Shown: in pieces, positions 37,550 to 51,194 of the stretch | Position numbering within the stretch: position 1 is the first letter of the stretch | How the letters are laid out: every line of letters starts with the position of its first letter | Source: Octopus vulgaris | Lineage: Eukaryota | Assembly (NCBI GenBank): GCA_951406725.2 | Contig: OX597836.1 | Span: 30,318,001-30,382,000, forward strand | Direction of reading: 5' to 3' | Length of the DNA stretch: 64,000 bases | Position numbers and translations under genes: made by a program | The notes under the pieces: generated by a model | Seen by the model: the letters and a program-made list of their open reading frames with translations, nothing else | The model's database searches: none | Told to the model about the DNA's origin: nothing

Positions 37550-38125
37550 CGAAAGAAAAGTAGCTAGCATGTTCAACTAAATGAACAATGTCAGTGTGTA
37601 TGAGTGAAGAAGTACAAGTATGTTGAGAGAAAAACTCGATGTATAAAAAAAAAAAAAAAAAAAATCAGATGCTGTGTTCAAGAAAGAGGAATGCATTAAT
37701 GTGGATGTGTAATGCGTAAATGGATGAGGAGAGCAGTATAAAGAAGTGTTGATCAGTTAATATGATGAAATTTGTTGAAGAGGGAGACCCAAGAAGACAT
37801 GGGACAAAACACTGGAGGCTCATCTCAGAATTTTTAATCTCACAGAGGAGAAATGATTGGTAGTATGCAGTGCTCTCTCAACATAGGCGATGAGCTGGCA
37901 GAAATGTTAGCATGCGGGGCGAAATGCGTAGCCGTATTTCATCTGCCGTTACGTTCTGAGTTCAAATTCCGCCAAGGTCGACTTTGCCTTTCATCCTTTC
38001 AGGGTCGATAAATTAAGTACCAGTTAATAGACTTAATCCATTTGTCTGTCCTTGTTTGTCTTCTCTGTGTTTAGCCCCCAGTGGGTAGTAAAGAAATAAG
38101 TATGCTGTGCTCGAGAAGATCTACC
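37550..38125 (+). mobile_element. Old RTE LINE 3' fragment interrupted by a SINE
   Basis: gaagagggagacccaagaagacatgggac encodes RGRPKKTWD; continues after the SINE as gctgtgctcgagaagatc. Confidence 0.65.
37886..38100 (+). mobile_element. SINE family B, full length, with TSD
   Basis: gagctggcagaaatgttagc, gagttcaaattcc, gcctttcatcctttcagggtcgataaa; TSD agtatgc(a/t)gtgctc at 37862-37875 and 38099-38112. Confidence 0.85.
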
Positions 38126-39269
38126 CATCAAGGTGAAACTGAGGGGCTGAATGCATAATGTGTATATATATATATATATACAATTGAGCTCTTCATTCAG
38201 TTTGTCTTTGTTTCATCTGTGATCAGCTCACATACGCAAGAATGTGTCTGCATGTAAGGATTCATCTCAATCTGTATTTATTTTTGAAAAACAGAAAACT
38301 ATATATGCAGTAGCAACCATTTACAGGTAACTGAAAAGTTTACAAACTCTTATATTAACCAGCATTAGTGCATTCGGGTGTTGTAGTGGTTGTTCAGACT
38401 CAGTGTCCCCTGGTTGAATTAACCTATGATCAAGGCATTCCAGCCATGGCATTCATACCTTAATTTCACACATAACCTATCTAGAACTTCATTAACCAAG
38501 TGTTCCTTTGTTGTTGATGCTCTTTAACCTCCAGTTCAACTCCAATCAAACAGACTTATGATCAAAGACATTCCAGTCACAACAATTACAATATTTTTTT
38601 TCTGACATCAGTAGATGGCATTTGAGGGAGATTTGATAGCTTTTTCTAAAAAAATGACCAACCATACAGTGGTTTCCTTGTTGATTTTTTTTTAGTTAGT
38701 TGTTTTTTTTAAGAAGGAGATTTGATTGCTAATTCTAGCAGGTCAAGCAGTGACAACTACATAGAGTTTCCCTTACCGGGTTTTTAAAAGATGGTAAAGT
38801 GTGATTTGAAGGAGGTTTGGCACCTACATAGTTATTTTAATTGATCTATGTTAGCTATTCTGCCAACTTCAAATATATAGCTTTCATCTCGTTTAATTAC
38901 TTTATTGACCTCTGTATACCTGGTTCTTTTTAATTACCTTCTTGACCTAGTTTTAATTAGTTTTTTTAAGGAAAACATTCACTTCCCCCCACCTTATTCC
39001 ACAACACTTTGTCTCTCATTAAAAAAAATTAAATAACTACTCAAAAACTAATTGCTGCCATCTTTCACTAGCTATAAAAACTGATTAAAAAAAAACATAT
39101 ATATGCAATAAAATATATGATTCAATTAAATTTTTAATGAAAGAAAATTATATTTTGTTAGGTATGAATACAAACAGAAGCAATGCAAAATACGAGTGAT
39201 AATCAGCCAGTGGGGGTTCAAACAAGACCTGGTTGATAGGATACCTAAACTGCATTAAAGAAAAATGCT

Positions 39270-39900
39270 TAGTTTATTAGCAGGAACTCACTCCCCACCA
39301 CACTCCTACCTCTGTTCCATAGATATATCATCTTCTCTCTCTCACTCTTTCCACTTACTCTACTGCTTACTGCTTTGATTCTCAGAGCTGGCTGTTTGAT
39401 CTTGTACCACCTCAACTCAAACATTCCCAGCTTACTTATCTCTCCTCCTCTCACGTTCCTCCAGCATGGAGGCAAATGGCCTAGTGGTTAGAGCAGCGGA
39501 TTCGTGGTCAAGGGATCGTGGGTTCGAATCTCAGACTGGGCGATGTGTGTGTTTATGAGCGAAACACCTAAGCTCCATGAGGCTCTTGCAGAAGGTGATG
39601 GCGAACTTCTGCTGACTCTTTCGCCGCAACTTTCTCTCACTCTTTCCTCCTGCATCTCGCAGCTCACCTGCGACAGACCGGCGTCCCGTCCAGGTGGGCA
39701 ACCAGCCCTTATGAGCCAGGCATGGCTCGAGAAGGAACAAGCAAACAACAACATTCCTCCAGCCCCTGCATCAGCCAGTACATCTAGTCCGTCCTTCCCA
39801 GGACACTATCTTCTATGAATTCCCTTGCATACCATGATTTCCTGCAACTATCAACCATGTCCATCTCACAGGTCTTGGAAAGCCTGTGATGACTAGTCTT
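39270..39900 (-). pseudogene. Tx1/L1-like LINE 3' remnant interrupted by a SINE
   Basis: Minus-strand translation near KAVSSRVSGKSERE parallels LKRKVRVERE at ~61660; decayed. Confidence 0.35.
39467..39750 (+). mobile_element. SINE family C, tail type 2, with TSD
   Basis: tggcctagtggttagagc A-box, ggttcgaatct B-box; (AAC) tail; TSD ac(g/a)ttcctccagc at 39453-39465 and 39751-39763. Confidence 0.85.
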
Positions 39901-40202
39901 TCTCTAGCCCAATAAAAAAAAAGGGGGGGGGGGGGTACCTTCACCATAATGCAACACATACTCTCACATTACTGTATTTTCTAGCATACAAGACGATGTA
40001 GCATGTATTGTAAACATTCAAACATCATCACTATCTTTTCAAATCCTGCAACATTTCACAAGGAACTTTTGGACCTTTCCAAAGTTGTCTTGGTGTATAA
40101 GTTGATCTACCTTTTTCAGCTGTAAATATTGGTCTGAAAACTTTGACTTTTATGTTGGAAAACAGTCATTCACAGTACTGTGATATCATATTTTTGACCC
40201 CT

Positions 40203-40237
<35 letters not shown>

Positions 40238-40956
40238 CGTTTTTATTATATACCAAATATATACGTTTTTATTATTATTTTGCAATTTACTTAATCATCG
40301 GTATATTATTGTTATTTTAATTTTAATATTTCTATTATATGTAATTTTCTAGATGGTGCAATTTAACTGTTCATTTTGAATTGATAAAAGTTGGTTTTTT
40401 TCTCATTTTTATATATATATATTATATTTTGTGAAATTTGATTCAGTATTTCTAAATTGAATTTTTCCCTGTAAGTTAGGAATACTATCCCTTCGAATAA
40501 TAATTATTATTATTATATATATACATATAATATACATACAAATGTGTGTGAATGTGTATGATTCCCTTAAATACTTGTATACCTTCACCAATCACTCAAT
40601 TTGGATTCATTCAATATATACCCTTTACTCTCAAACCCCAAAGTAACAACCCTCATCCAGTTTTCATAGAACACCAACGAAATGCTATTAGTAGCTTCAT
40701 TTATGATTTATAAATAACACAAATTTAATTTAATTTTTGGAGAACTAATGCAGATTATAAATATAGATACTAAGTTCTCTGGATAGGTTATTGACTTTTT
40801 AATTCTCTCACTCTGTCTATCGCTTGCTCTGGCATAAGCACACACACGCGCATGTGAGAGCAGACAAACACTATTTCTCTTGCAACAGTAGCCAGATAAG
40901 TGTCGTTTCCATAAATAAGTTTTGTGTTCTTTCTCCAACAGAATCATGAGCTATAC

Positions 40957-41128
40957 TCTCTTTTACTCTTTTACTTGTTTCAGTCATTTGACTGCGGCCA
41001 TGCTGGAGCACCACCTTTTTAGTACTTATTCTATCGGTCTCTTTTTGCCGAACCGCTAAGTGACGGGGACGTAAACACACCAGCATCGGTTGTCAAGCAG
41101 TGCTAGGGGGACAAACACAGACACACAA

Positions 41129-41164
<36 letters not shown>

Positions 41165-41334
41165 ATATATACGACAGGCTTCTTTCAGTTTCCGTCTACC
41201 AAATCCACTCACAAGGCATTGGTCAGCCCGGGGCTATAGCAGAAGACACTTGCCCAAGATGCCACGCAGTGGGACTGAACCCGCAACCGTGTGGTTGATT
41301 AGCAAGCTACTTACCACACAGCCACTCCTGAGCC
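40957..41334 (-). mobile_element. SINE family A, young (CpG-retaining)
   Basis: Reverse complement of the 54978-55370 type, with a deletion near the 3' end. Confidence 0.85.
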
Positions 41335-41805
41335 ATCTTAACATTATATAACTAACTTTACATTCGTAAATGATCAAATTCTCTTATGTTGTTGTTGTTG
41401 TTGTTGTTGTAGTAGTAGTAGTTTCGCCCCAGGTCGTCCCTAACTGAGCAGTCCAATGATCAAATGCCATTTAGCTATGACCAACAATAGAAGTATGCGT
41501 ATACCCAGGACGATGTAGCTGTGGGTACTCATCGTCACCAACACCATCACTGTTATCACCATCATCATTACCACTGCCACCATTATTTTAACCTCCAATT
41601 TCCTATGCTGTCATGGGTTGGATAGCATACCACTGCTTGCATCATCTTCCACATACAGCAACAAAGAAAACCAGCCAATTTTGATATTGTGTACACTTTA
41701 CATTATGCACTGAGTATCTTATCCTGCTACTAACAATACCAGACTGATTGCTCTTTCTTAGGAAGACTAAAGGAAACTCTTATTCAGTTTTCATTCGTGT
41801 TAAAT

Positions 41806-42040
41806 ACCTATTTCTTTACTACCCACAAGTGGCTAAACACGGAGAGGACAAACAAGGACAGACAAATGGATCAAGTCGATTATACTGACCCCAGTGCGTA
41901 ACTGGTACTTAATTTATCGATCCCGAAAGGATGAAAGGCAAAGCTGACCATGGCAGAATTTGAACTCAGAACGTAACGGCAGATGAAATACTGCTAAGCA
42001 TTTCGCCCGACGTGCTAACGTTTCTGCCAGCTCGCCGCCT
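41806..42040 (-). mobile_element. SINE family B, full length
   Basis: acctatttctttactaccc...gccagctcgccgcc. Confidence 0.85.
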
Positions 42041-42274
42041 TGTCCTCTTAGATGAGTAACCTGCAATGTGACTTGTGGAGTTATTATTAGTTCTTTAATC
42101 ATAATTAAATTTCATAAAAATCATGAAAAAGTTCTCCTTCATGATACACTCAGTCTCCATTTTATATACAATTTTTATTATTAACAGTAATCTTTTTAAT
42201 TTTTGACACTGAAATTGTTTTGTTACTACCTATAATCATTAACTTTTTACTTTCCCCTTCAATTATCTATCTCT

Positions 42275-42520
42275 CCATCATCATCACTACCATTTAACGT
42301 CCGTTTTCCATGCTGACATGACTTGGATAGCTTGACAGGAACTGGCAAGGCCATAGGTTACATCAGGTTCCGTAGTTCATGTTGGCCTGGCTTCTACTGT
42401 TGGATGCCCTTCCTAATGCCAACTACTTTACACAGTGTATTAGGTGCTTCTTACATATCACTAACATCCACATCAATGCTTTTTCACATGGCAACTTTGT
42501 TTTAGAATATCAATTCTGTT
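42275..42520 (-). mobile_element. RTE-tail repeat
   Basis: catttaacgtccgttttccatgctg...ggatgcccttcctaatgcc. Confidence 0.7.
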
Positions 42521-43762
42521 GTGATCTATTATTTTTCTCATTATTCTAATTAATGGCTTGCTCCATGAATAATAAAAAATATTCTAAAACTGAATGTAAA
42601 CGTAATATACCATGTGTTCCATTCTGATATAGTTTTTGGATACCCTATCACCAAGCATTTTACAGAGGCACTCAGGGGAGTAGTTCATCAGGTCACCAGC
42701 ACTAGATGAGATACATCATGACAGAAAGACTAAGGAGTGACCTCTATATCAGGTCTTATTCAGAGTTACTGCTGTTTTAAATAGGTAGTCTGATGCAGCT
42801 TATGTCCATCTCATTATTCATACATTCTATCATTATAGAAGAGAAGGGAGAGCCACTAAAAAAAACCCCACCTTCGACCCTGTATCAGTTCATATTCACA
42901 GTTAACAATCTCAAAGGCATGCAGCCTGCGGTGCAACACACATAACTTGTCTCCTTCAGATGTTAACACCCAACAGGCATCTTTCCTATGGCTGGGAGGT
43001 CATGGACTTAGAATGTAAGGAGGGATTTGGCTATAAAGAAATTGGAAGTGGCAGTTTATGACAGCTGTGCACAAAGGTTGTTGTCATTATGTGAGCAAGC
43101 AAGAGATGTCTTATGAAAACAGTCTGAGAATAAGTCTGTTTTCATGGTATTACAGTCTGGTTGGCAAGGCAGTGTATCCTGATAAGCTCCATGGAAATTG
43201 GAGGTAAGAGTGGTTAGGTGGGTTTTGTAACATATGAGCTAAAACAATCAGTCTCTATCTTTGAGTCATCTATATTTTTTGCATTTATTTGAAATGTATT
43301 AGAAATAAATATCAATCAAGAAAATAGCTAAAATATTTAGCATAAGTATTTCTCACTGCCAACAGATGATTGAAGTGAAACAAAAACAAACAGCTGAAAT
43401 AGAAAGAACATGCCCATTCCCCAGTCATATGTTAGAAACATTTGAACTAAAAATATTTGTGTCTTTAACTCATCTACATTAAAGGGTCAGAAAAGATGGG
43501 ACAATTATGGCTTCAGTACCTTTGATCATATGGCTGCTGAACTGAAAGGCAGATATACACTATTTCTGAATAAATAGACAAGATGGATGCAAGGTTGGCT
43601 CATATTGAGAAGTGTGCTTTTGTATGTAGCAGGAGAAGAGGCAGACATAATAAACACTACTGTGAGTCAGTAGCTGTAATGTGTTGTCAAGTCCTTCTCG
43701 AAATACCAAATCCCTGTGAATTAGATCTGGTAGCAGATGCAGCATGGCTAAACAGTTGAGAA

Positions 43763-44000
43763 GGTGGTGAGCTTGCAGAAACGTTAGCACGCCGGACGAA
43801 ATGTGTAGCCGTATTTCGTCTGCCGTTACGTTCTGGGTTCAAATTCCGCCAAGGTCGACTTTGCCTTTCATCCTTTCGGGGTCGATAAATTAAGTACCAG
43901 TTACGCACTGGGGTCGGTGTAATCGACTTAATCCGTTTGTCTGTCCTTGTTTGTCCCCTCTGTGTTTAGCCCCTTGTGGGTAGTAAAGAAAAAAAGAAAA
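43763..44000 (+). mobile_element. SINE family B nested in an older SINE, with 14-bp TSD
   Basis: TSD aaacagttgagaag at 43750-43763 and 44001-44014. Confidence 0.88.
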
Positions 44001-44249
44001 AAACAGTTGAGAAGTTTGCCGTCTAATCAAAAGGTCCAGGGTTCGATCAACAGCATGGTATCTAAAGCAAGTGTCTTTTACCATGGCCTTAGGACAAGGG
44101 TTATAGTAAAAGACACTGTTGACTGAAATGAAGAAAAAAAGCAGATACTGGACCATGATGCTGTCCTTGAACCCATCAGATCCTACCAAACTGTACAGCC
44201 CATGTCAGCATGGAACATGGACATGGACATAAAACAATGCTCATGATAT

Positions 44250-44600
44250 ATGGCTGTGTGGTAAGAAGTTTGCTTCTCATCCACATGGTTCTGGGTTCAG
44301 TCTCATTGTGTGGCACCTTGGGCAAGTGTCTTCTACTATAGCTTCAGGATGACCAAAGCCTTGTGAGTGAATTTAGCAGATGGAAACTAAAAGAAGCCTG
44401 CTGTATATGTATGTATATTTATATATTTATGTGTGTGTATCTCTGTATCTGGGTTTGTCCCTCGCCACTGCTGGACAACTGATGTTGGTGTATTTATGTC
44501 CCTGCAACTTAATGGTTCAGCAAAACAGACCGACAGAATAAGTACAAGGGTTAAAAAAACAATAAGTTCAAGGGTTGATTTGTTTGGAAGGTGATGCCAC
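44250..44600 (+). mobile_element. SINE family A
   Basis: tggctgtgtggtaagaag...gcaccttgggcaagtgtcttctactatagc. Confidence 0.8.
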
Positions 44601-44890
44601 ACTGGTCAGATCTAGCCTCCTACACCAAACCTACAGTGTTATTCCAAAACTAAACAATCACATCATTGAAATCACAATAATGCAGGATCAATTCAAAACA
44701 CTGTGAATAAACAAGCATAACATTTCATAGAATAATCTGAATGCTAAAGAGTTAGGAAACTGCCAGCAGTCAGACCTTGAGTGGACAGGCTTCACCAGAT
44801 CTAAAAATGCCAAACTGTGCCACTGGATGTCACAATTGTGCTCCTACAATTCCATCAGGAATTGAGGATATGGTATGTCCTACACACAAA

Positions 44891-45120
44891 GGCGGCGAGC
44901 TGGCAGAAACGTTAGCGCGCCGGGCGAAATACTTAGCGGTATTTCGTCTGCCATTACATTGTGAGTTCAAATTCCGCCGAGGTCGACTTTACCTTTCATC
45001 CTTTCAGGGTCGATTAAATAAGTACCAGTTATGCACTGGGATCGATGTAATCGACTTAATACCTATGTCTGTCCTTGTTTGTCCCCTCTATGTTTACCTC
45101 TTGTGGGTAATAAAGAAATA
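44891..45120 (+). mobile_element. SINE family B, full length, with TSD
   Basis: ggcggcgagctggcagaaacgttagc...; TSD ggtatgtcctaca at 44872-44884 and 45121-45133. Confidence 0.88.
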
Positions 45121-45161
45121 GGTATGTCCTACATACACACACATATTTATACAAACGTATA

Positions 45162-45837
45162 TCTTGGGTCATGCATGAACTAAAATTCGGAGGGGGACAG
45201 GATAAACTAACTTGCATCAACTTGCTTTAAAAAAAAAGCAGGTAATAATTTTACCTTGTACTTATTCTTAGTGCAAGTTTTGAAGAGTGCAGTTCTATTT
45301 TAACAGTTATTTTTGCAAAGCTATAATGGAAGTGACAAAGGTGCATATTCAGCATATTTTGCTTTATGAGTTCAATAAAGGTAACAATGCAATGGAAAGT
45401 GTGAAGAATATTAATGCAGTATATATGGATCAGACAATAAGCATCAGCCTGTGTCAACGGTGGTTCCAGAAATTTGGAGACTTGTCATGGAAGATCTGTA
45501 GAGCTTGACAAGGTTTTCCTGCAAACCCCGGAGGAAAAAAATCCCATTGTAAATGTTGAGGAACTAGCAGAGAAGCTTGGATTTGGTAATTCAACCATTC
45601 ATCGACCCCTGCGTACCATCAGAAGAGTCAGCATATTGAGTTAGTAGGTTCTTCAAAACTTTCTGAGTTTAATTATGCACAGGGATGAATGTGTGCTCTT
45701 CTTTGCTACCAGATAGATGGAAGAGCATTGTAGAAAATGAAGGAGAGTATATTTTAGATTAAAAAAAACTTTATCTTAATTTTGAAATAATAAAAGAAGT
45801 ACTAAAGAAACCACATTATTTATGGGATGACCCAATA
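45162..45837 (+). mobile_element. Internally deleted mariner element
   Basis: TIR remnants ttgggtcat / atgacccaata; N-terminal HTH MEVTKVHIQHILLYEFNKG...CQRWFQKF; C-terminal LPDRWKSIVENEGEYILD*; catalytic domain absent. Confidence 0.85.
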
Positions 45838-45996
45838 GATGTATGTATATATACGCACACTTATATATACATATGAACATGCCCATATATACATACACAC
45901 ACATGCACATATATATGTATATATATATCACTGTATGTGCGGAATAGTTTTATAAGACATCCCTGATATATATATGTGGTGTTCTAAGAATCCATG

Positions 45997-46042
<46 letters not shown>

Positions 46043-47805
46043 GCATTTACATGTATATACACAGATACACACAACTGCACACACACACACACACATATTT
46101 ACAAACATGTGCACACAAAGAAACATACGTTTATAAATGTGTACAGAAACACACGCTCACACACAAATTAATGCTTAGGTAAAGGAATCTATATTGAAAC
46201 TATAAATCAAAGATACTTTTTTTTCTTCTCACTAATATGTCTTAACTCAACTCTATGATATCATAAAAATGTGTCACAGGAAAAATAGTGTATTTTTAAT
46301 AGCCAATATCTGTAAGAAAATACGAGAAATCAATGTCAAATGTTCATGACAAATACTTTGAAAGCGAAGCTAATACATCAATTTGTGTTTGTAGTAATAG
46401 CAATGTAAACAGCACTGGCAGACTTTGTTTCTATAAATTGAGCAAAGCAAAAATACTTAGCAAGTCTTGAAGGAAGGAAATTTAAAAATACACTCACATC
46501 AAAAGTTCCAATGTTTGAACCTCACCATAAATGCATAAACGCAAATGGATGTTTTATGGTATATAGTTATTGTTGGAGAAGAGAGTAGGCTTTTAATACA
46601 CATGCACCCATTACATATTAAAGCTAACAAAGGAGATGTTTCTACAAGGTCGTTTCGGCTGCTAGAAATATCAACCAAATTTCTTCAAATCACATCCTGC
46701 CATCTTTGAGAAGGTAAGAAAGGAATCCTGTCGTGTATGTATATGTGTGTGTGTGTCTGAGGATGTCACCCACCACCACCACCACTTAAGAACCGGTGTC
46801 GTTGTGTTAACATCCCTGTAACTTGGCAGCTCAGCAAAAGAGACTGATACAATAAATACCAGTCTTAAAAGCCAAAAAATAAATAATAATAATAATAAAT
46901 ACTAGAGTCGATTAATTTGACTATAACTTTTTCAAGGTGTTGCTCCAGCATGGTCACAGTCTAATGACTGAAACAAGAGGAAGATAAAAGATAGATATGT
47001 ATTTTTGGTGAGGATGACCTGGGGCTAAGCATGTAAAAGACCAATGCAGAAAATAAGGGGTAGAAATTTAAGTATTATCAACCTACCTGAGATAACTCCT
47101 GATTTTATGACAGAAAACTCTTTAGCTTCAAAGTATTTATATTTAAATACAAACTTCCCATCATAACATTATGGAAGAATCTGTTGTCGAGTTCTGTTCC
47201 GAATAACTCTCTTAATAACGTCTAAGATATTTCCCTTAATGTCTCCAAATCTTTGATTATTTTCAACATTAATCGAAAGACACAGACAGTTGTATTTCAT
47301 TAGAAACACAGTCACGAACAAATTAAGCAGATGAACAGAAAAAGTGGAAAAATATCCGCAACGACAGAACTTTTAACAAGTGTTAACTCAACAAATGAAT
47401 AAAAGCAACAAAAGGTGCTTAATTGCTATATTTCATGTACTTGTCATGCATGTTTACAACTTCAGCAGCTTAAATCACAGAGTTATGTTGAAATATTAAT
47501 ATACATTGTTACAGTAAGCTATATTATTTGTAGTTGTTTCATATCATGTATTTGTGAAGAATAGCATAGTTGGTTAGAGGTGTCTAACAGGCCGGTCACA
47601 AAAGAGTTACGCTGAAATATTAATAGCAATGTTGGTTACAAGTGTCCGACAAACCAATTAGTGAATTGCTATATATTAATAATTCCAATGGAGAAAGCTG
47701 CAAGGGAGTGCCTGTGCAACACGGGTGGAATAAATACCACAATGTATTTTTCTTCAAATGGACCAGTTCGTTTTTCTCAACAATGTCTAATATTCTTCAC
47801 TCATA

Positions 47806-48268
47806 GGCACAGGCATGGCTGTGTAGTAAGAAGTTTGCTTTCCAACCACAAGGTTCTGACTTCAGTGGGACCATCAGCTGGGCCTGTGTGTAATGCACTA
47901 AGGGAGATGAATCTACTTTACAAACACTAGTTCAGTGTCCAGCTATCACTTGCTTGTGGAATTATGTCAAACAGCTATTGTTGTGCATGGGATGGAACCA
48001 GTTGTCAGCCAAGTCCATCACAAGGATCAGTCCACCATCTTCCTTCGACTCTTTGTGTGTGTATGTATCTTATCTGTGTCTGTGACCCACCACTACCTGA
48101 CAAGCAATGTTGGTTTGTTTACATCCCCTTGACTTAGCAGTTTGGCAAAAGAGTCCAGTAGAACAAGTGCCAGGTTTTACTTCAACAAATATTGGGATTG
48201 ATTCATTTGACTAAAACTCTTCATGGCAGTCATGACTGTAGTCCAATAGCTGAAACAAGTTAAAGATA
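47806..48268 (+). mobile_element. Chimeric SINE A whose centre is replaced by a Tx1/L1-like fragment
   Basis: SINE A head to ~47866; ~47870-48045 homologous to 63490-63660; SINE A 3' half resumes at ~48053. Confidence 0.6.
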
Positions 48269-48916
48269 CGTATACATTTGCGCATACAATAAATTGGCAG
48301 GGTCACTAGAACAATTGACAGAATACATTGTGCTATTAGTTTCGGCTTTTTGCACTATGATTTCAACAACCCCACCACCACCCCCGATCAACTTTACTTT
48401 TATACTTTTGGAATCAATAAAAATCAGTTGAGTACAGTGACTGATATTTATTCATCTCTCTCTGAAACAGGTTACAGTCAGGCATGGTGAGGAATGGGCA
48501 CTGCCTGATTTCAATACTCCAAATACATCACATATTGTTAGGAAACCCTCAATCATTGATGGCTCAATACAAGAAACCCCTCCATCTAAACACACACAGA
48601 TACGCACACAAAGTTCAATTTTTGTCCACCAATTTTTCCAGTGGTCAATCAGATGTTATCTCAAAAGGCATCAACCCAATGTAGAGCACAATGGAATTGA
48701 AAACAAACCTTTGTGATAGTAAAGCGCACATTTAAACCACACATTGGGGCATGCAGCCATATTTTAACTATATAAAATCTGGTTGCAAAGATATGCAGAT
48801 CTACAATGAATGACCCAACTACAATTAAATACTGAAAAGAAACATAGAATTGAATGAACCAACTATGTTTACAAGTTTTTAAATGACTACCATAATGTTA
48901 TATGAACAAAAATTCT

Positions 48917-48988
48917 GTATTCTAAAAAAACAGCTTTGAACTTCCTCTTATCCCTTGTACTACTTGTAATAAAAGAAAAAAATTATGA

Positions 48989-49021
<33 letters not shown>

Positions 49022-49205
49022 AGGCGGCGAGCTGGTAGAAACGTTAGCACGCCGGGCGAAATTCGTAGCCGTATTTCGTCTGTCGTTATGTTCCGAGTTC
49101 AAATTCCGCCGAGGTCGTATTCTAAAAAAACAGCTATGAAGTTCCTGTTATCCCTTGTACTACTTGTAATAAAAGAAAAAAATTATGAAGATATATATAT
49201 ATATA
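48917..49205 (+). repeat. SINE B head (49023-49116) between two copies of a 74-bp + (TA)n direct repeat
   Basis: 48917-48990 equals 49117-49190 with three substitutions. Confidence 0.9.
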
Positions 49206-49313
49206 CACACACATACATGTGTGTGTATACATAAACGTGTGTGTATGTATATATATATGGGAGGGAGAGAGAGAGATGGATAGATAGATTCATGTATTTA
49301 TCTGCATAAATGC

Positions 49314-49690
49314 TTTTATTCTTTTGTTTCAGTCATTTGACTGTGGCCATGCTGGAGCACCACCTTTAGTTGAAGAAATTGACCCCCAGGACTTACTCTT
49401 TGTAAGCCTAGTACTTATTCTATCAGTTTCTTTTGCCAAACTTCTAAGTTACAGGGACGTAAACATACCAATATCAGTTGTCAAGCGATGATGGGGAGAC
49501 ACACAAAAACATACAAACACACACACACACACACGCGATAGGCTTCTTTCAGTTTCCGTCTACCAAATCCATTCACAAGGCTTTGGTCAGCCCGAGGCTA
49601 TAGCTGAAGACACTTGCCCAAGGTGCTACACAGTGGGACTGGACCCAGAACCATGTGGTTGGGAAGCAAGCTTCTTACCACACAGCCACA
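49314..49690 (-). mobile_element. SINE family A
   Basis: ttgtttcagtcatttgactgtggccatgc...cttcttaccacacagcca. Confidence 0.85.
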
Positions 49691-51194
49691 TCATATAAAT
49701 CTATATATATACACATATATACATGTGCATATACATACATAAAAATATATACATGAATACACACATATTACGTGTGCATACACCCATATGCATACACAGT
49801 TCTGTGTATGTCTGTAGGTATGTGCACGTATGTGTACATAAGGTGTGTATACATGCATACACACACGCACACACACACAGCTGCACAAATATACATGCAT
49901 GCTTTCATATAAAATAACCAAGTCAACGTTAGACATTAAAATTCTGATACAATATCCACTGGCTATATTCAGACGACAATCAATTTTCAACATTAATTCA
50001 AATCATGCTCTCTCTCTCAGCAATATCCAAGAACCTGGATATAAATATTAATATTTTTTCTCTCTGTTTGCAGCTTTAGGAAAAGTACACTCTTCCTGTC
50101 TCTTGCTCAGAAAATAAATTGTTTCAAAATTCCCTTTTTCATTAGTTTCTATCATATTTCACCAATATTGCCTAATAAGCTAACAATGTCATTATTACTT
50201 CAAGTTTCTGCTTAACCTATGATAATTAAATTTCCATTAAGCTTAATTAGTTTGATCCAATGAAGGTTCCTCTATGTTAACACTCAATCCTGTAGAAACA
50301 CCAGTCGAATCTCTTAGATCACAAGGCTGTGGTTTAAAGAAAAATAAAGGACATATTGGAGAATGGCAGTCCTAGATCCTGAACTAAAAAGGTGGAATAG
50401 TCACAGTTGGAATCCCCCTCTCTCTCTTTCGGAGAGGCACAAGTACCTACACACACATATACACACACTGCAGTAACTTTCGCCTACCGAATTCAATCAC
50501 AAAGCTTCGGTTGGCCCAGGGCTATAGCAGAAGACACTTGCCCAACATGCCACATGGTGGGACTGAACCCGAAACCATGTAGCTAGGAAGTAAGCTCCCT
50601 AACCACACAGCCATGCCCGCGCCTACAATATACCTGATAATAGGTTTGTTCAGTCAGAGCTGCACAAAAATGACATAAGTGGTGTGAGTCACTATGCAGT
50701 TGCACACTTTGCTAGAAATACCAACTAAATTGCAATCAAAATCACACCCATCTGTAAAAAAGGGAAAACATGAGATAATGTTGTCCTACATATATCATGT
50801 CTGAAAATAATATAGACAGTCATGGCTGGAAAGTTTTTAACGATGGGGTCTGCTTAATTGTTGTTGAGGTTCAACAACAACTTAAGCCTACCTAATACTT
50901 GTTTCTACTAAGAAACACAAGGCCTGAAATTTATGGAGAAGGAGTTAGTTGATTACCTCAAACTCCAGTACTCAACTGGTACTTATTTTATTGACCCCGA
51001 AAGGATAACTGGCAAAGTTGACCTCAGTGGAATTTGAACTCATAACATAAAACTAGAACTGCTGCTAAGCATTTCTTCTGGTGTGTTGTTACCTAAGGAT
51101 CCCAATGAGGACATAACATCATTCACAGATTACATAAGAAACCCAAACCATCCAACAAAATAACACAATTTGCATTGCAGGAAAGAATTGCAAG

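Noticed and set aside
39467-39545. tRNA-like sequence with A and B boxes (also 54020-54095, 44891-44975)
   Set aside because: No proper acceptor stem; continues into SINE bodies with tails and TSDs, so these are SINE heads, not tRNA genes.
47705-47730. cctgtgcaacacggg, similar to a Helitron 3' hairpin
   Set aside because: No CTRR terminus at the expected distance and no identifiable 5' end.
50074-50120. Plus-strand acceptor-like site ttctctctgtttgcag
   Set aside because: No nearby good donor and no sustained open frame; such sites are common in AT-rich introns.
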